From an uncultured Acidobacteriota bacterium (GTDB taxonomy: Bacteria > Acidobacteriota > Vicinamibacteria > Vicinamibacterales > UBA8438), in NCBI GenBank assembly GCA_913043225.1, contig CAJWLU010000014.1:18903-82902 (forward strand): DNA of 64,000 nucleotides, read 5' to 3'. A program made the translations under genes and the position numbers. Below the pieces are notes generated by a model. It made no database searches and was not told the origin of the DNA. It saw nothing but the letters and a program-made list of their open reading frames with translations. Below, piece after piece: positions 49,703 to 61,313 of the stretch; the first letter of the stretch is position 1, and every line of letters begins with the position of its first letter.

Positions 49703-51199
49703 TCAGTCAGAGGAGGAGTCGTCCGCCGCCGCAGAGACCGGCTTGAACCGCAAGTTGTCGGTGAATCGCCAGACATGTCGTGGGCGGTAGATGCCTACGT
49801 CCTTTGTCCTGGACTTCACGCGAAATGTGTAGAGCAGCCGGTGGTAGTCGTAAGAAAAGCCGTCTCGCTTGTGTGCCGCCACGTCGAGCTTGTAGGTACC
49901 CTCGACGAGATCGAGCTGCTCGATGGCGAACTCCACCTCACCCGCCCCACTGAGCGAGGCGGATTCCATCTCTTCGATGTTCGTGTTGGTGCCAAAGCAG
50001 CAGACGCCGTCGGTGCTGAAGATGCTGATGCCGAATGCGAAGTCTTCGACTGGCTGGGCGGCGCGAACCTTCATTCGGATGGTCATGCGGTCGCCCGTGT
50101 GGAAGACGTGACCCGCACCTTGGTCGCCCTCGAGCGTGACTTCTTCGATCCGAACTGCCCCTGAACCCCAGCGTCCTTCGTTGGCGGTGAACATGTTCAC
50201 CAACCCGGTTTCCTCATCGACCTCCGCGTGCTCGCCCTCAGGGGGAGGTGGTGCCTGCTCGGCGGGCTCTAGCGCACTCGCGGTCTCGTCGAGAGGGTTG
50301 TCGGGCTCAGACGCCGGTGACACGACGGCCTGTTCGGCGGCCGGCTCAGGCCCCTTGGGGTCGTTCGGCGATTCGCCGACCTGCCCACTCCCGTCGGCTT
50401 GGGCCGAGGCTTGCGCCTTGGCGTCAGCGGCGGCCAACAGCTCGTCTTCGAGCTGCTCGACGTCGGCCAGATACATCTGGACCACCCGTTTCGGATCGCC
50501 GGTCGCTCGCCGGTCGCCAGCCTCCAGCCAGAGCGCCTCGTCGCAGAACCGCTCGACCATTGATAAGCCGTGGCTGACCAGGAGAATAGTCTTGCCTCGG
50601 CGCTTGAACTCCGCGAACTTGTCCAGACATTTCAGGCTGAAGCCCTCGTCGCCGACGGCCAGAACTTCGTCTACCAAAAGGATGTCCGGGTCGACGTGCA
50701 CCGCCACCGCGAAACCGAGCCGCATGTACATCCCCGAGGAGTAGGTCTTAACTGGGGCGTCGATGAACTCCTCCATCTCGGCGAACTCCACGATCTCGTC
50801 GAACCGCTGTTCGATGTCCCTCCGGGACAGCCCGAGCATGATGCCGTTGATGAAGACGTTCTCACGACCCGAGATCTCCGGATGAAAGCCCGCGCCCAGC
50901 TCTATCAGGGCCGACACGCGTCCGTTCACCCGCACGGACCCATGGGTCGGCTTGGTGATCCCCGCCACCAGTTTCAGCAGTGTGCTCTTCCCAGAACCGT
51001 TTCGCCCGATCACACCGTAGGACACCCCGCGAGGCACCTGCACCGACACATCGCTCAACGCACGGAATGATTCGTCCGGCCGCAGCTGGGCCACAAGGCT
51101 GCCAGTGAGCAGGGCGCTCTTGAGGGTCACGAATCGCCGGCTGTGCCCGTGCCGCCGGTAGATCTTCGTGACGTGGTCGAGGTCAATCGCAGGGGTCAC
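49703..51199 (-). CDS. wzt: Wzt-type polysaccharide ABC exporter ATPase with C-terminal carbohydrate-binding domain
   Basis: GRNGSGKST, ELGAGFHPEISGREN, YSSGMYMRLGF, DEVLAVGD; Wzt_C-like C-terminus; TAGTG overlap with wzm. Confidence 0.9.
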   Translation of the reverse strand: MTPAIDLDHVTKIYRRHGHSRRFVTLKSALLTGSLVAQLRPDESFRALSDVSVQVPRGVSYGVIGRNGSGKSTLLKLVAGITKPTHGSVRVNGRVSALIELGAGFHPEISGRENVFINGIMLGLSRRDIEQRFDEIVEFAEMEEFIDAPVKTYSSGMYMRLGFAVAVHVDPDILLVDEVLAVGDEGFSLKCLDKFAEFKRRGKTILLVSHGLSMVERFCDEALWLEAGDRRATGDPKRVVQMYLADVEQLEDELLAAADAKAQASAQADGSGQVGESPNDPKGPEPAAEQAVVSPASEPDNPLDETASALEPAEQAPPPPEGEHAEVDEETGLVNMFTANEGRWGSGAVRIEEVTLEGDQGAGHVFHTGDRMTIRMKVRAAQPVEDFAFGISIFSTDGVCCFGTNTNIEEMESASLSGAGEVEFAIEQLDLVEGTYKLDVAAHKRDGFSYDYHRLLYTFRVKSRTKDVGIYRPRHVWRFTDNLRFKPVSAAADDSSSD

Positions 51200-51993
51200 T
51201 AAACTTCCTCCGCGAATGAATCCCGCAGGCGATCGAACAGGGCGTAGCCAAACAAAAAGAGCACCAGGCCTGCCACCGCCAACGCGAGCAGCCACTTCCA
51301 GTGACCGAACGGCCCGTCGTAGAAGAGGATCTCCTGATACGAGATTGCCAGATGCGCGAATGGGTTGAGGTCCATGATGGCCTTGCCCCGATCCGACAGA
51401 AATGACATCGGATAGATAATCGGGGTGGCGAAGAACCAAAGCGTCAGGATGTTCGCCAGCAGGTCCTTGATGTCCCGAAAGTGGACCGTTAGCGCAGACA
51501 GCACCATCACGAGACCCAGCGTGAGCGTGAACTGCACTGCGACCACGAAGGGGAACCACGCAAGCTCGGTCAGCCGGAGCGGCACCGCGTAATAGAGCAG
51601 GAAGATGATGAGGATGGGCAGCCCGAACAGGAAGTGAACCATGTTCGAGAGCACGGCCACAATCGGCAGGATCTCAGCCGGAAACATGACCTTCTTGATC
51701 AAATTACCGTTGATGATGAGCACGTTGGCGCCATCGGACAGCGACGACGAGAACCAGGTCCATGGGAGCAACCCGCAGAAGAGGAACACGGCGTAGGGCT
51801 CCAGACTGACCAGCTCGCCCCGGGGCAGAACCACGGTGAAGACGAACGAATAGACCAGCAGTAGCAGCAGCGGGTTGACGAACGACCAGAAGAACCCGAG
51901 CACCGAACCCCGGTATCGGGCCTTCAGCTCCCGGGCAACGAGTGTCTGGATGAGCCCCCGGTACCGGTAGAGCTCTCCGAGGTTAGACAGCAT
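51199..51993 (-). CDS. wzm: Wzm-type ABC-2 permease
   Basis: RELKARYRGSVLGFFWSFVNPL, LIKKVMFP, FRD, TPIIYP, NPF. Confidence 0.92.
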   Translation of the reverse strand: MLSNLGELYRYRGLIQTLVARELKARYRGSVLGFFWSFVNPLLLLLVYSFVFTVVLPRGELVSLEPYAVFLFCGLLPWTWFSSSLSDGANVLIINGNLIKKVMFPAEILPIVAVLSNMVHFLFGLPILIIFLLYYAVPLRLTELAWFPFVVAVQFTLTLGLVMVLSALTVHFRDIKDLLANILTLWFFATPIIYPMSFLSDRGKAIMDLNPFAHLAISYQEILFYDGPFGHWKWLLALAVAGLVLFLFGYALFDRLRDSFAEEV

Positions 51994-52750
51994 CGACCTG
52001 GAGCACGACCGCTGTCACGTTATCAGGACCGCCGCCGTCATTGGCAGCCTGGATCAGTGCCTCGCAGATGCGATGTAGGGCGGTGTCCCGACCAAGCACC
52101 TCGCCGATCTCGTCGTCGCTCAGCACGGTAAACACCCCATCGGAGCAGAGCAAAAGCCGGTCGCCCACCTGGAGCTCAAGCTCTTGCAGATCCACCTCGA
52201 GCTCTTCGGACCCCGAGAGCGCCCGCGTCACAATGTTCCGCCAGGGGTGCTCGCGCGCTGCCTCCTCAGTCAGCGCACCCACCCGGATCTGCTCCTCAAC
52301 CCAGGAATGGTCGCGGGTCAGCCGCTCCAGGGCGCCAGCGCGGAGACGATAGCCACGGCTGTCTCCGACGTGGGCCAACGTCGCCGCGCCATCGCCGGTC
52401 AGCATCGCCACCGCTGTGGTCGCCATGCCGCGTAGTTCACTCGACGCCGCGATCTGGGACGCGAGCCGGCGATTTCCCATACGAAACCCGGCCTGCAACC
52501 GATTGGCGTTGACGCTGTGCTCGGGGTTGAAAGCAATGGGCCAGGTCTGGTCCGGCGACACCGCAACCGTCGCCTCGACGAACGCGACAATGCCCTCAAC
52601 CGCCGCCTCTGACGCGACGTCGCCAGCCGCGTGACCACCCATGCCGTCGGCCACGACATACAGACCCAGATCGTCACGCACCGACAGATTGTCTTCGTTG
52701 ATGGACCGTCGCAGCCCTGTGTCGGTCGCGGAGGCAGAGGAAAGGCGCAT
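51983..52750 (-). CDS. PP2C-type Ser/Thr protein phosphatase
   Basis: TDTGLRRSINED, VADGMGGH, HVGDSR, TRDHS, LLCSDG, GGPDNVT. Confidence 0.93.
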   Translation of the reverse strand: MRLSSASATDTGLRRSINEDNLSVRDDLGLYVVADGMGGHAAGDVASEAAVEGIVAFVEATVAVSPDQTWPIAFNPEHSVNANRLQAGFRMGNRRLASQIAASSELRGMATTAVAMLTGDGAATLAHVGDSRGYRLRAGALERLTRDHSWVEEQIRVGALTEEAAREHPWRNIVTRALSGSEELEVDLQELELQVGDRLLLCSDGVFTVLSDDEIGEVLGRDTALHRICEALIQAANDGGGPDNVTAVVLQVDAV

Positions 52751-52844
52751 CGCTTGGAAAGACGGGTCGGATCGCGCTGCCCGCATTGTCACCCACACAC
52801 GGGTGGGAACCAAGAGGTGGGCGAGGCGTCGGTCGCTTCGGGCG

Positions 52845-53267
52845 TTAACCGCGAGTCTTGGCGCGCGAGGCGACCTGCAACCGGGTCAAAGACTTTAGCA
52901 GCGCCAGACGGGCACGCTCGAAGTCCATGTCGACCACCGGCTTGTCTAAACGGCCCTTGGCCCGTTCCTGGGCCGCCTCCGCCCGGGTAACGTTGATCTC
53001 CTCGGCCGATTCGGCGATTTGCGCCAGCACGGTGACCCGGCCGGGCTGCACCTCGGCGAAGCCGAAGGAGACCGCCACATAGGAGTTCTCTTCGCCCTGG
53101 CGATACCAGAGTTCTCCGACCTGGAGCGTTGCCAGCAGCGGCGTGTGACCAGGCAACACCCCGAACGAACCTTCGGCCCCGGGCACCTGGACTTCATCCA
53201 CCTGCTCGCTGACGACGGCCCGTTCGGGCGTGACGATCTCGAGGGTGAGATGGTCAGGAATGGCCAT
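52845..53267 (-). CDS. atpC: ATP synthase F1 epsilon
   Basis: LEIVTPE, GVLPGHTPL, GFAEV. Confidence 0.96.
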   Translation of the reverse strand: MAIPDHLTLEIVTPERAVVSEQVDEVQVPGAEGSFGVLPGHTPLLATLQVGELWYRQGEENSYVAVSFGFAEVQPGRVTVLAQIAESAEEINVTRAEAAQERAKGRLDKPVVDMDFERARLALLKSLTRLQVASRAKTRG

Positions 53268-55636
<2,369 letters not shown>

Positions 55637-55671
55637 GCTGAGTCCTCTGTCCGCTGGCTCTGACGTTCGGC

Positions 55672-57201
55672 CTAGGCCGCGGCGGTCTTGCGGGCCGCCA
55701 GGAACTGCTCGGTGAACTCCTTAAGCACCGCCTCGACCCGACCCTTAAGGTCATCGTCGAGCTGCTTCTTCTCGGCCAGATCGGCAAAAAGTGACGGCTC
55801 GCGGCCCTCGACGAACTGATAGAGCTCGGTCTCATAGGCGCGGCAATCGGTCTCGGCGACCTCATCGAGATAGCCCTTAGTACCGGCGTAGATGATCAGC
55901 ACCTGATTGGCCACCGGCAGCGGCTGATACTGCGGCTGCTTTAGGACCTCGACCAGTCGGCCTCCGCGGTTGAGCTGGTCCTGGGTCGCCTTGTCGAGAT
56001 CGCTGGCCATCTGAGCGAAGGCGGCCAGCTCGCGGAACTGGGCCAGGTCGAGTCGCAAGGTGCCCGAGACCTGCCGCATCGCCTTAACCTGGGCCGCCCC
56101 GCCCACACGGGAGACCGAGTTGCCGACGTTGATAGCCGGGCGCACACCCTGGTGGAACAGGTCGGACTCCAAGAAGATCTGACCGTCAGTGATGGAGATG
56201 ACGTTAGTCGGAATGTAGGCCGACAGGTCGCCGGCCTGAGTCTCGATGATCGGCAACGCGGTCAGCGAACCCGCTCCGAGTTCATCCCGCATCATGGCTG
56301 CACGCTCGAGCAGTCTGGAGTGCAGGTAGAAGACGTCGCCCGGATATGCCTCGCGCCCCGGGGGACGGCGGAGCAGCAAGGAGATCTCGCGATACGCCTG
56401 GGCGTGCTTGGAGAGGTCGTCGTAGATACAAAGGGCGTGCTCGCCCTTGTCACGGAAGTACTCGCCCATCGCGCAGGCGGAGTACGGACTGATGAAGAGC
56501 AGTGGGGCAGGCGCCGATGCCGGCGCGGCTACGACGATGGTGAACTCCATCGCGTTGTTCTCTTCGAGGGTCTTCACCACCTGCGCGATGGTCGACTGCT
56601 TCTGTCCGATGGCGTTGTAGATGCAGACTACGTTGTTGCCGCGCTGGTTGAGGATCGTATCGACGGCCACCGCGGTCTTGCCGGTCTGGCGGTCACCGAT
56701 GATCAACTCTCGCTGGCCGCGGCCAATCGGCACCATCGCGTCGATCGCCTTGAGACCGGTCTGAAGCGGAATGCTGACGCTCTGGCGGTCGACGACGCCG
56801 GGCGCAATCTTCTCGACAGGCGAGGACTCGGTCGCCGCAATCGGCCCTTTCCCATCGAGCGGCTGCCCGAGGGCGTTGACCACCCGGCCCAGGAGCGCTT
56901 CACCAACCGGCACCGAAATGATGCGACCGGTACGCTTGACCGTATCGCCTTCCTTGATCTCGGTGCTCTGGCCGAGGAGAACCGCGCCGACCCCGTCTTC
57001 TTCGAGGTTCAGCGCCAGTCCGTAGATCCCGTGCGGGAACTCAAGCATCTCGGTAGCCATGACGCTCTCTATCCCGTGGACTTGGGCAATGCCGTCTCCA
57101 ACCGAGACGACCGTGCCGACTTCGGCCACATCGACGTCGAGGGTGTAGTCACCGATCTGGTCGCGAATGATCTGGGTTATCTCGTCCGCTTTAATTGTCA
57201 T
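55672..57201 (-). CDS. atpA: ATP synthase F1 alpha
   Basis: [29 protein letters not shown]. Confidence 0.98.
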   Translation of the reverse strand: MTIKADEITQIIRDQIGDYTLDVDVAEVGTVVSVGDGIAQVHGIESVMATEMLEFPHGIYGLALNLEEDGVGAVLLGQSTEIKEGDTVKRTGRIISVPVGEALLGRVVNALGQPLDGKGPIAATESSPVEKIAPGVVDRQSVSIPLQTGLKAIDAMVPIGRGQRELIIGDRQTGKTAVAVDTILNQRGNNVVCIYNAIGQKQSTIAQVVKTLEENNAMEFTIVVAAPASAPAPLLFISPYSACAMGEYFRDKGEHALCIYDDLSKHAQAYREISLLLRRPPGREAYPGDVFYLHSRLLERAAMMRDELGAGSLTALPIIETQAGDLSAYIPTNVISITDGQIFLESDLFHQGVRPAINVGNSVSRVGGAAQVKAMRQVSGTLRLDLAQFRELAAFAQMASDLDKATQDQLNRGGRLVEVLKQPQYQPLPVANQVLIIYAGTKGYLDEVAETDCRAYETELYQFVEGREPSLFADLAEKKQLDDDLKGRVEAVLKEFTEQFLAARKTAAA

Positions 57202-57279
57202 CGCAAAGGAGCCTGTCTGTGGTTCGTGTGGTTCGTCGTTTGTGTTTCGTGCCTGGTCTGGACGTCGTCGATACGAGCC

Positions 57280-57825
57280 CTACTGCTCCAGGAGGTTCTG
57301 GCGAATCCGTTGGAGGTGGTGCGCGACGCTTCCGTCATAGACGGTCGTGCCGACGCGTGCCACGACACCGCCCAAGAGTTCAGGGTCGACGTCGGTCGTC
57401 ATCGTCACCTGCGCTCCGCTGGCCGCCTGCAGCGCACGTTCGAGACCGGCGGTGCGGTCATCGCTGATCGGCGTGGCGGTCGTGACCTGTGCCTCCACCA
57501 CACCGAGGTGCCGGAGCAGGCGGCCGCGGTACGCTTCCACGATGTCGCCGAGGAGAACCAGCCTGTCGCGCTCGGCAAGTAGGTGAAGCAGTTTGGTCAC
57601 CGGAGGAGTTAAGGGATCCAGCCGCTCGAGCAGGGCAGAGACCAGATCCTTCTTCCTCGGTGTGGGAACAGCAGGATTCAGCAGCACGCGCCCGAGCATC
57701 TCGTGACCAGCGAGGAGGTCTGAGAAACCCATCAGGTCGGTTTCAACCTGGCGGAGGTCATGCTGTTTAGTGCTGACATCGAACAGTGCGCGGGCGTAGC
57801 GCGCAGCCACAGTGCGATTGGTCAT
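57280..57825 (-). CDS. atpH: ATP synthase F1 delta
   Basis: VAARYARALF, VDPELLGGVVARVG..VYDGSV. Confidence 0.95.
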   Translation of the reverse strand: MTNRTVAARYARALFDVSTKQHDLRQVETDLMGFSDLLAGHEMLGRVLLNPAVPTPRKKDLVSALLERLDPLTPPVTKLLHLLAERDRLVLLGDIVEAYRGRLLRHLGVVEAQVTTATPISDDRTAGLERALQAASGAQVTMTTDVDPELLGGVVARVGTTVYDGSVAHHLQRIRQNLLEQ

Positions 57826-57941
57826 GGTGTCCGGGTGGCCAGGACGACGGTGATCCGGAGGCCGTTGTGGCGCTCCGGCCGAGCGGGCCAAACATGTAGT
57901 TATACCATTCTGGGCGAAACGCCATCAAGCCGTCCGGAGGG

Positions 57942-58820
57942 CTACGAGGCAGCCGTCAACCGGTCGAAGAGTCGCTGGAGCTCCGGCTCGGAGGTGAAGT
58001 TGATCTCAATCCGCCCCTGCTTCCCTCGGCGGACGATGCGGACGCGCGTACCCAGCGCAACCCGGAGGCGGTCCTGTGCCGCGCGGGTGTGGACGTCGAG
58101 CGGTGGAGCGCCCCCCGTCGGGCGGGCCGGATCGCCGGCGTGGGTCATGCGGCGGACCAACGCCTCGGTCTCGCGGACCGAAAGGCCGCGGGCCACGACC
58201 TCTCGCGCGGCCCGGCGCTGGGCGCCGGCATCGAGTCCGAGGAGGGCCCGTGCGTGGCCCATGGCCATCCGACCCGCCCCAAGCTCGGCCTGCACCTCAG
58301 ACGGCAGCTGCAGGAGGCGCACGTAGTTGGCAACCGTCGCGCGGTCTTTCCCCACCGCCTGAGCGACCGCGTCCTGGGTCAAGCCATGTTCGGCTATCAG
58401 CTGGCGGTAGCCTTCGGCCTCTTCGATGGGATTGAGATTCTCGCGCTGGAGGTTCTCGACAAGAGCAAGTTGCAGCAGGTTCTCGTCGGCCACGTCCCGG
58501 ACGACCACCGGCACACGGTGTAGCCCGGCACGCTGGGCAGCGCGCCAGCGTCGCTCGCCGGCAACGATTTCGAATCGGCCGTCATCAAGATGCCGCACCA
58601 CGATCGGCTGGATCACGCCCGAGACTTCGATGGAGCGACTCAGCTCGTCGAGGCGAGTTTCGTCCATCGTTGTACGAGGCTGGTCGGAATTGGGCTGCAG
58701 TCGGTCGACATCAAGCTCGGTAGGCGTGTCGGTGGCGGGCCCGGCTGCAGCTTGAAGATCTGGTGTCGTCGGGATGAGGGCGCTGAGGCCTCGTCCGAGT
58801 GCCTGTCTTGTCTTGGCCAT
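57942..58820 (-). CDS. parB: Chromosome partitioning protein ParB
   Basis: ALGRGLSALI, QPR, GVIQPI, VAGERRWRAA, ENLQRENL, HTH, GHARALL. Confidence 0.97.
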   Translation of the reverse strand: MAKTRQALGRGLSALIPTTPDLQAAAGPATDTPTELDVDRLQPNSDQPRTTMDETRLDELSRSIEVSGVIQPIVVRHLDDGRFEIVAGERRWRAAQRAGLHRVPVVVRDVADENLLQLALVENLQRENLNPIEEAEGYRQLIAEHGLTQDAVAQAVGKDRATVANYVRLLQLPSEVQAELGAGRMAMGHARALLGLDAGAQRRAAREVVARGLSVRETEALVRRMTHAGDPARPTGGAPPLDVHTRAAQDRLRVALGTRVRIVRRGKQGRIEINFTSEPELQRLFDRLTAAS

Positions 58821-58837
58821 GAGAGAACTCCTGGGGG

Positions 58838-59635
58838 CTAGAGGATCGAGTCGGGGAGTCGAGGCGCCTCCCGATCGAGAATCTCCCGGGCGAGCGCCAG
58901 GTAGGCTTCGGCCCCGCGAGAGCGGACGTCGTAGAGGATGGCCGGCAGGCCGTGTCCGGGCGCCTCTGCAAGACGCACGTTTCTGGGGATGACTGTGTCG
59001 TAGACCTTGTCGCCAAAGTGTCGGCGCACCTCCTCGGCTACGCCTTGGCCCAAGCGGGTGCGGGTGTCGGCCATCGTAAGTAGGACCCCCTCGAGGTCGA
59101 GCGTCGGATTCAGGGTAGCCCGCACGCGTTGCATCGTTGAGGTCAGCTCGGCCAGGCCTTCAAGCGCGAAGTACTCGCAGTTGAGCGGAATCAGGATGGT
59201 CTCGGCCGCGACGAGGGCATTGAGGGTCAGCAGCCCAAGCGAAGGCGGGGTATCGATAAAGATGTAGTCGTATCGAGACTTAGCCTGCTGCAGGAGCGGG
59301 CGCAGTCGGCTTTCTCTTGCCAGCATTCCCACCAGTTCGACCTCGGCTCCCGTGAGATGGCGGTCGGCCGGAATCAGGCGTAGCCCGGTCACCTGAGTGT
59401 CGAGCTCGATCTCCCGAGGGTCAAGCGGGGTATCGGATGTGAGGGCCTCGTAGACGGTCCGCTTGCTCGCGACGGCCTCGGTTAACCCGATGCCACTGGT
59501 GAGATTCGACTGGGGATCCAGATCAACCAAGAGGACGGACCGCTCGCCCATCGCCAGGGATGCAGCGAGGTTGATCGCTGTGGTCGTCTTACCGACCCCG
59601 CCTTTTTGGTTCGCGATCGAGATGATCCTGCCCAT
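58838..59635 (-). CDS. parA: Chromosome partitioning ATPase ParA/Soj
   Basis: NQKGGVGKTTT, DLDPQ, DTPPSLG, EYFALEG, IPRNVRLAEAP. Confidence 0.97.
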   Translation of the reverse strand: MGRIISIANQKGGVGKTTTAINLAASLAMGERSVLLVDLDPQSNLTSGIGLTEAVASKRTVYEALTSDTPLDPREIELDTQVTGLRLIPADRHLTGAEVELVGMLARESRLRPLLQQAKSRYDYIFIDTPPSLGLLTLNALVAAETILIPLNCEYFALEGLAELTSTMQRVRATLNPTLDLEGVLLTMADTRTRLGQGVAEEVRRHFGDKVYDTVIPRNVRLAEAPGHGLPAILYDVRSRGAEAYLALAREILDREAPRLPDSIL

Positions 59636-59774
59636 TTATGTCTTTTGACCTAAATTATTGCCCTTTTGACATTTTGGTGGCGGTCTGCGCGGCCTGAAAG
59701 ACTAACGCGAATCAGCACATCAGTGCAAGGCCCTATGCACAGGTTGCCCGGCGGCCGGCGCGCATGGGTTGGGG

Positions 59775-59790
59775 TGTTCCACGTGGAACA
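59775..59790. promoter_or_regulatory. parS site (perfect)
   Basis: TGTTCCACGTGGAACA. Confidence 0.95.
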
Positions 59791-60078
59791 CAGCGAGCAC
59801 CCCTCGGGACACACCCGCACAGAGCCAACAAGGAACCTAGCAAGCAAACCTGAGATCGGCTCACCTCGACCAAGAGCCTCTGTGTGTTCAAGCGACTGGG
59901 GAAATCCGGATGGAGGCGCAAACGTATTGAGACCCGAAGAGGGCACTGTGGTACCGGCTGGGGAGCCCGGTTCTAGGTCAGCCCGCGCGCATCGGTGACC
60001 TGCACACAGTCAAGCTAGGGATTGCCCAGATGAAGGCCCCGCCACTAGACGCCAAGCCGGAACGGACACCACCGCGCC

Positions 60079-60094
60079 TGTTCCACTTGGAAAC
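60079..60094. promoter_or_regulatory. parS site (degenerate)
   Basis: TGTTCCACTTGGAAAC. Confidence 0.65.
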
Positions 60095-60181
60095 GACCGT
60101 ACGCCTAAACGAAGATTGCTTTGAGACTACTCTTCCTGGAACCGTGGCGGCCGGCGATAAACTACCCGCCACAAATTCCAA

Positions 60182-60197
60182 GGTTCCACGTGGAACG
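60182..60197. promoter_or_regulatory. parS site
   Basis: GGTTCCACGTGGAACG, perfect 14-bp core. Confidence 0.9.
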
Positions 60198-60688
60198 CCG
60201 GGTAACACGGGCACCAGGCAGGCTTGAGATGCCGGCGAAAAAATCCAACTCCCCAAGCTGGCGTCCAACCAACCACCAGCAGCAACCAAGCTCCATAATG
60301 AACAGCCACTGCCAGGGACCAACGCCTGCCTTGCGGGAATACCGCGCCAGGGAACAGGGGACTAGAGAATGCCGGCGAACGTTATGAGACCAAGAGCAAT
60401 CCAGCCATCTCCGCCCGTGTGAGCCTCTATTGAAATTCCAGACCAGCAGGTACACCGACCACCGAATGGGGAACCCAGGGAAAGCAACACCGGGCCTGAC
60501 CAGACCACTCACACCCCTTTCGCGCCGGCAAATTGACTTCGGTAGGCCACCAACGAAGGCGTATTGCAACCTGCCCTACTCCTACACGGAAGAGGCTCTG
60601 GCGAAGCGCCTGTCAGCCCCTCCTGCCGGATATCCCACAGTGAGACCCTCTTGCGCGCCGCTCTCAGCATACAACCACGATCTTCGTT

Positions 60689-61306
60689 TTATCTTTGCCT
60701 CATCAAAAAGAGTTCGCCAGCGCCGGACCCCGGCAAAGAAACTGACCGATCGACCCGCCACAGACCGGCGGCGCCGGAAGTCTTACCGCCGAACACCAAC
60801 CAACTTCCGCCCGGTGCCAACCGGCGTCCAACCTCCGCACCAATCGCGGCATCCACACGCACGCCGCGACTCGTCACGACGTCCGCTTTCAGATCATCCT
60901 CGACCGTCAACTCATCAAACCGGCACGCGGCGACCCTGACGCCATCCAACCCCAGCGAACGCACCGCTTCTCTCAGAAACGCAGCCTTCCGCTGCCTCGA
61001 CTCCACCAACACCAGCCGTCCGCCGCCTAGTGTCAGGAGCATCGGGATCGCGGGGGATCCCGCTCCAGACCCGATGTCGATCGCGAACATCTGCCTACTC
61101 GGCAAAAGCCCCGCCGCAAACACACCCTCGAGCAGCAGCCGGTCTACCGCCACACCCTTCTCTCCAACCGACGTGAGATTGATCCGCTCGTTCCAACGAA
61201 AGAGCAACGCCAGGTACTCTTCCAACCTGGCGGCCAGCTCCAACGGCATAGGGACGCCCCTTGCATCAGCGGCCGCCTTGATATCGGACGCCGTTACCTT
61301 CAGCAC
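60689..61306 (-). CDS. rsmG: 16S rRNA m7G527 methyltransferase RsmG
   Basis: WNERINLTS, DIGSGAGSP, VESRQRKAAFL; follows mnmG. Confidence 0.92.
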   Translation of the reverse strand: MLKVTASDIKAAADARGVPMPLELAARLEEYLALLFRWNERINLTSVGEKGVAVDRLLLEGVFAAGLLPSRQMFAIDIGSGAGSPAIPMLLTLGGGRLVLVESRQRKAAFLREAVRSLGLDGVRVAACRFDELTVEDDLKADVVTSRGVRVDAAIGAEVGRRLAPGGSWLVFGGKTSGAAGLWRVDRSVSLPGSGAGELFLMRQR

Positions 61307-61313
61307 GTCGCTC

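Noticed and set aside
49703..51559. ORF-track extended N-termini (wzt from 51559, cupin from 43757, UPF0182 from 8609, UpxY-like from 45208)
   Set aside because: Extensions overlap neighbouring genes or lack family similarity; downstream starts with stop/start coupling or family N-termini fit better.
59636..60688. oriC in the rsmG-parA gap
   Set aside because: No cluster of TTATCCACA-like DnaA boxes and no clear AT-rich unwinding element; only parS sites.
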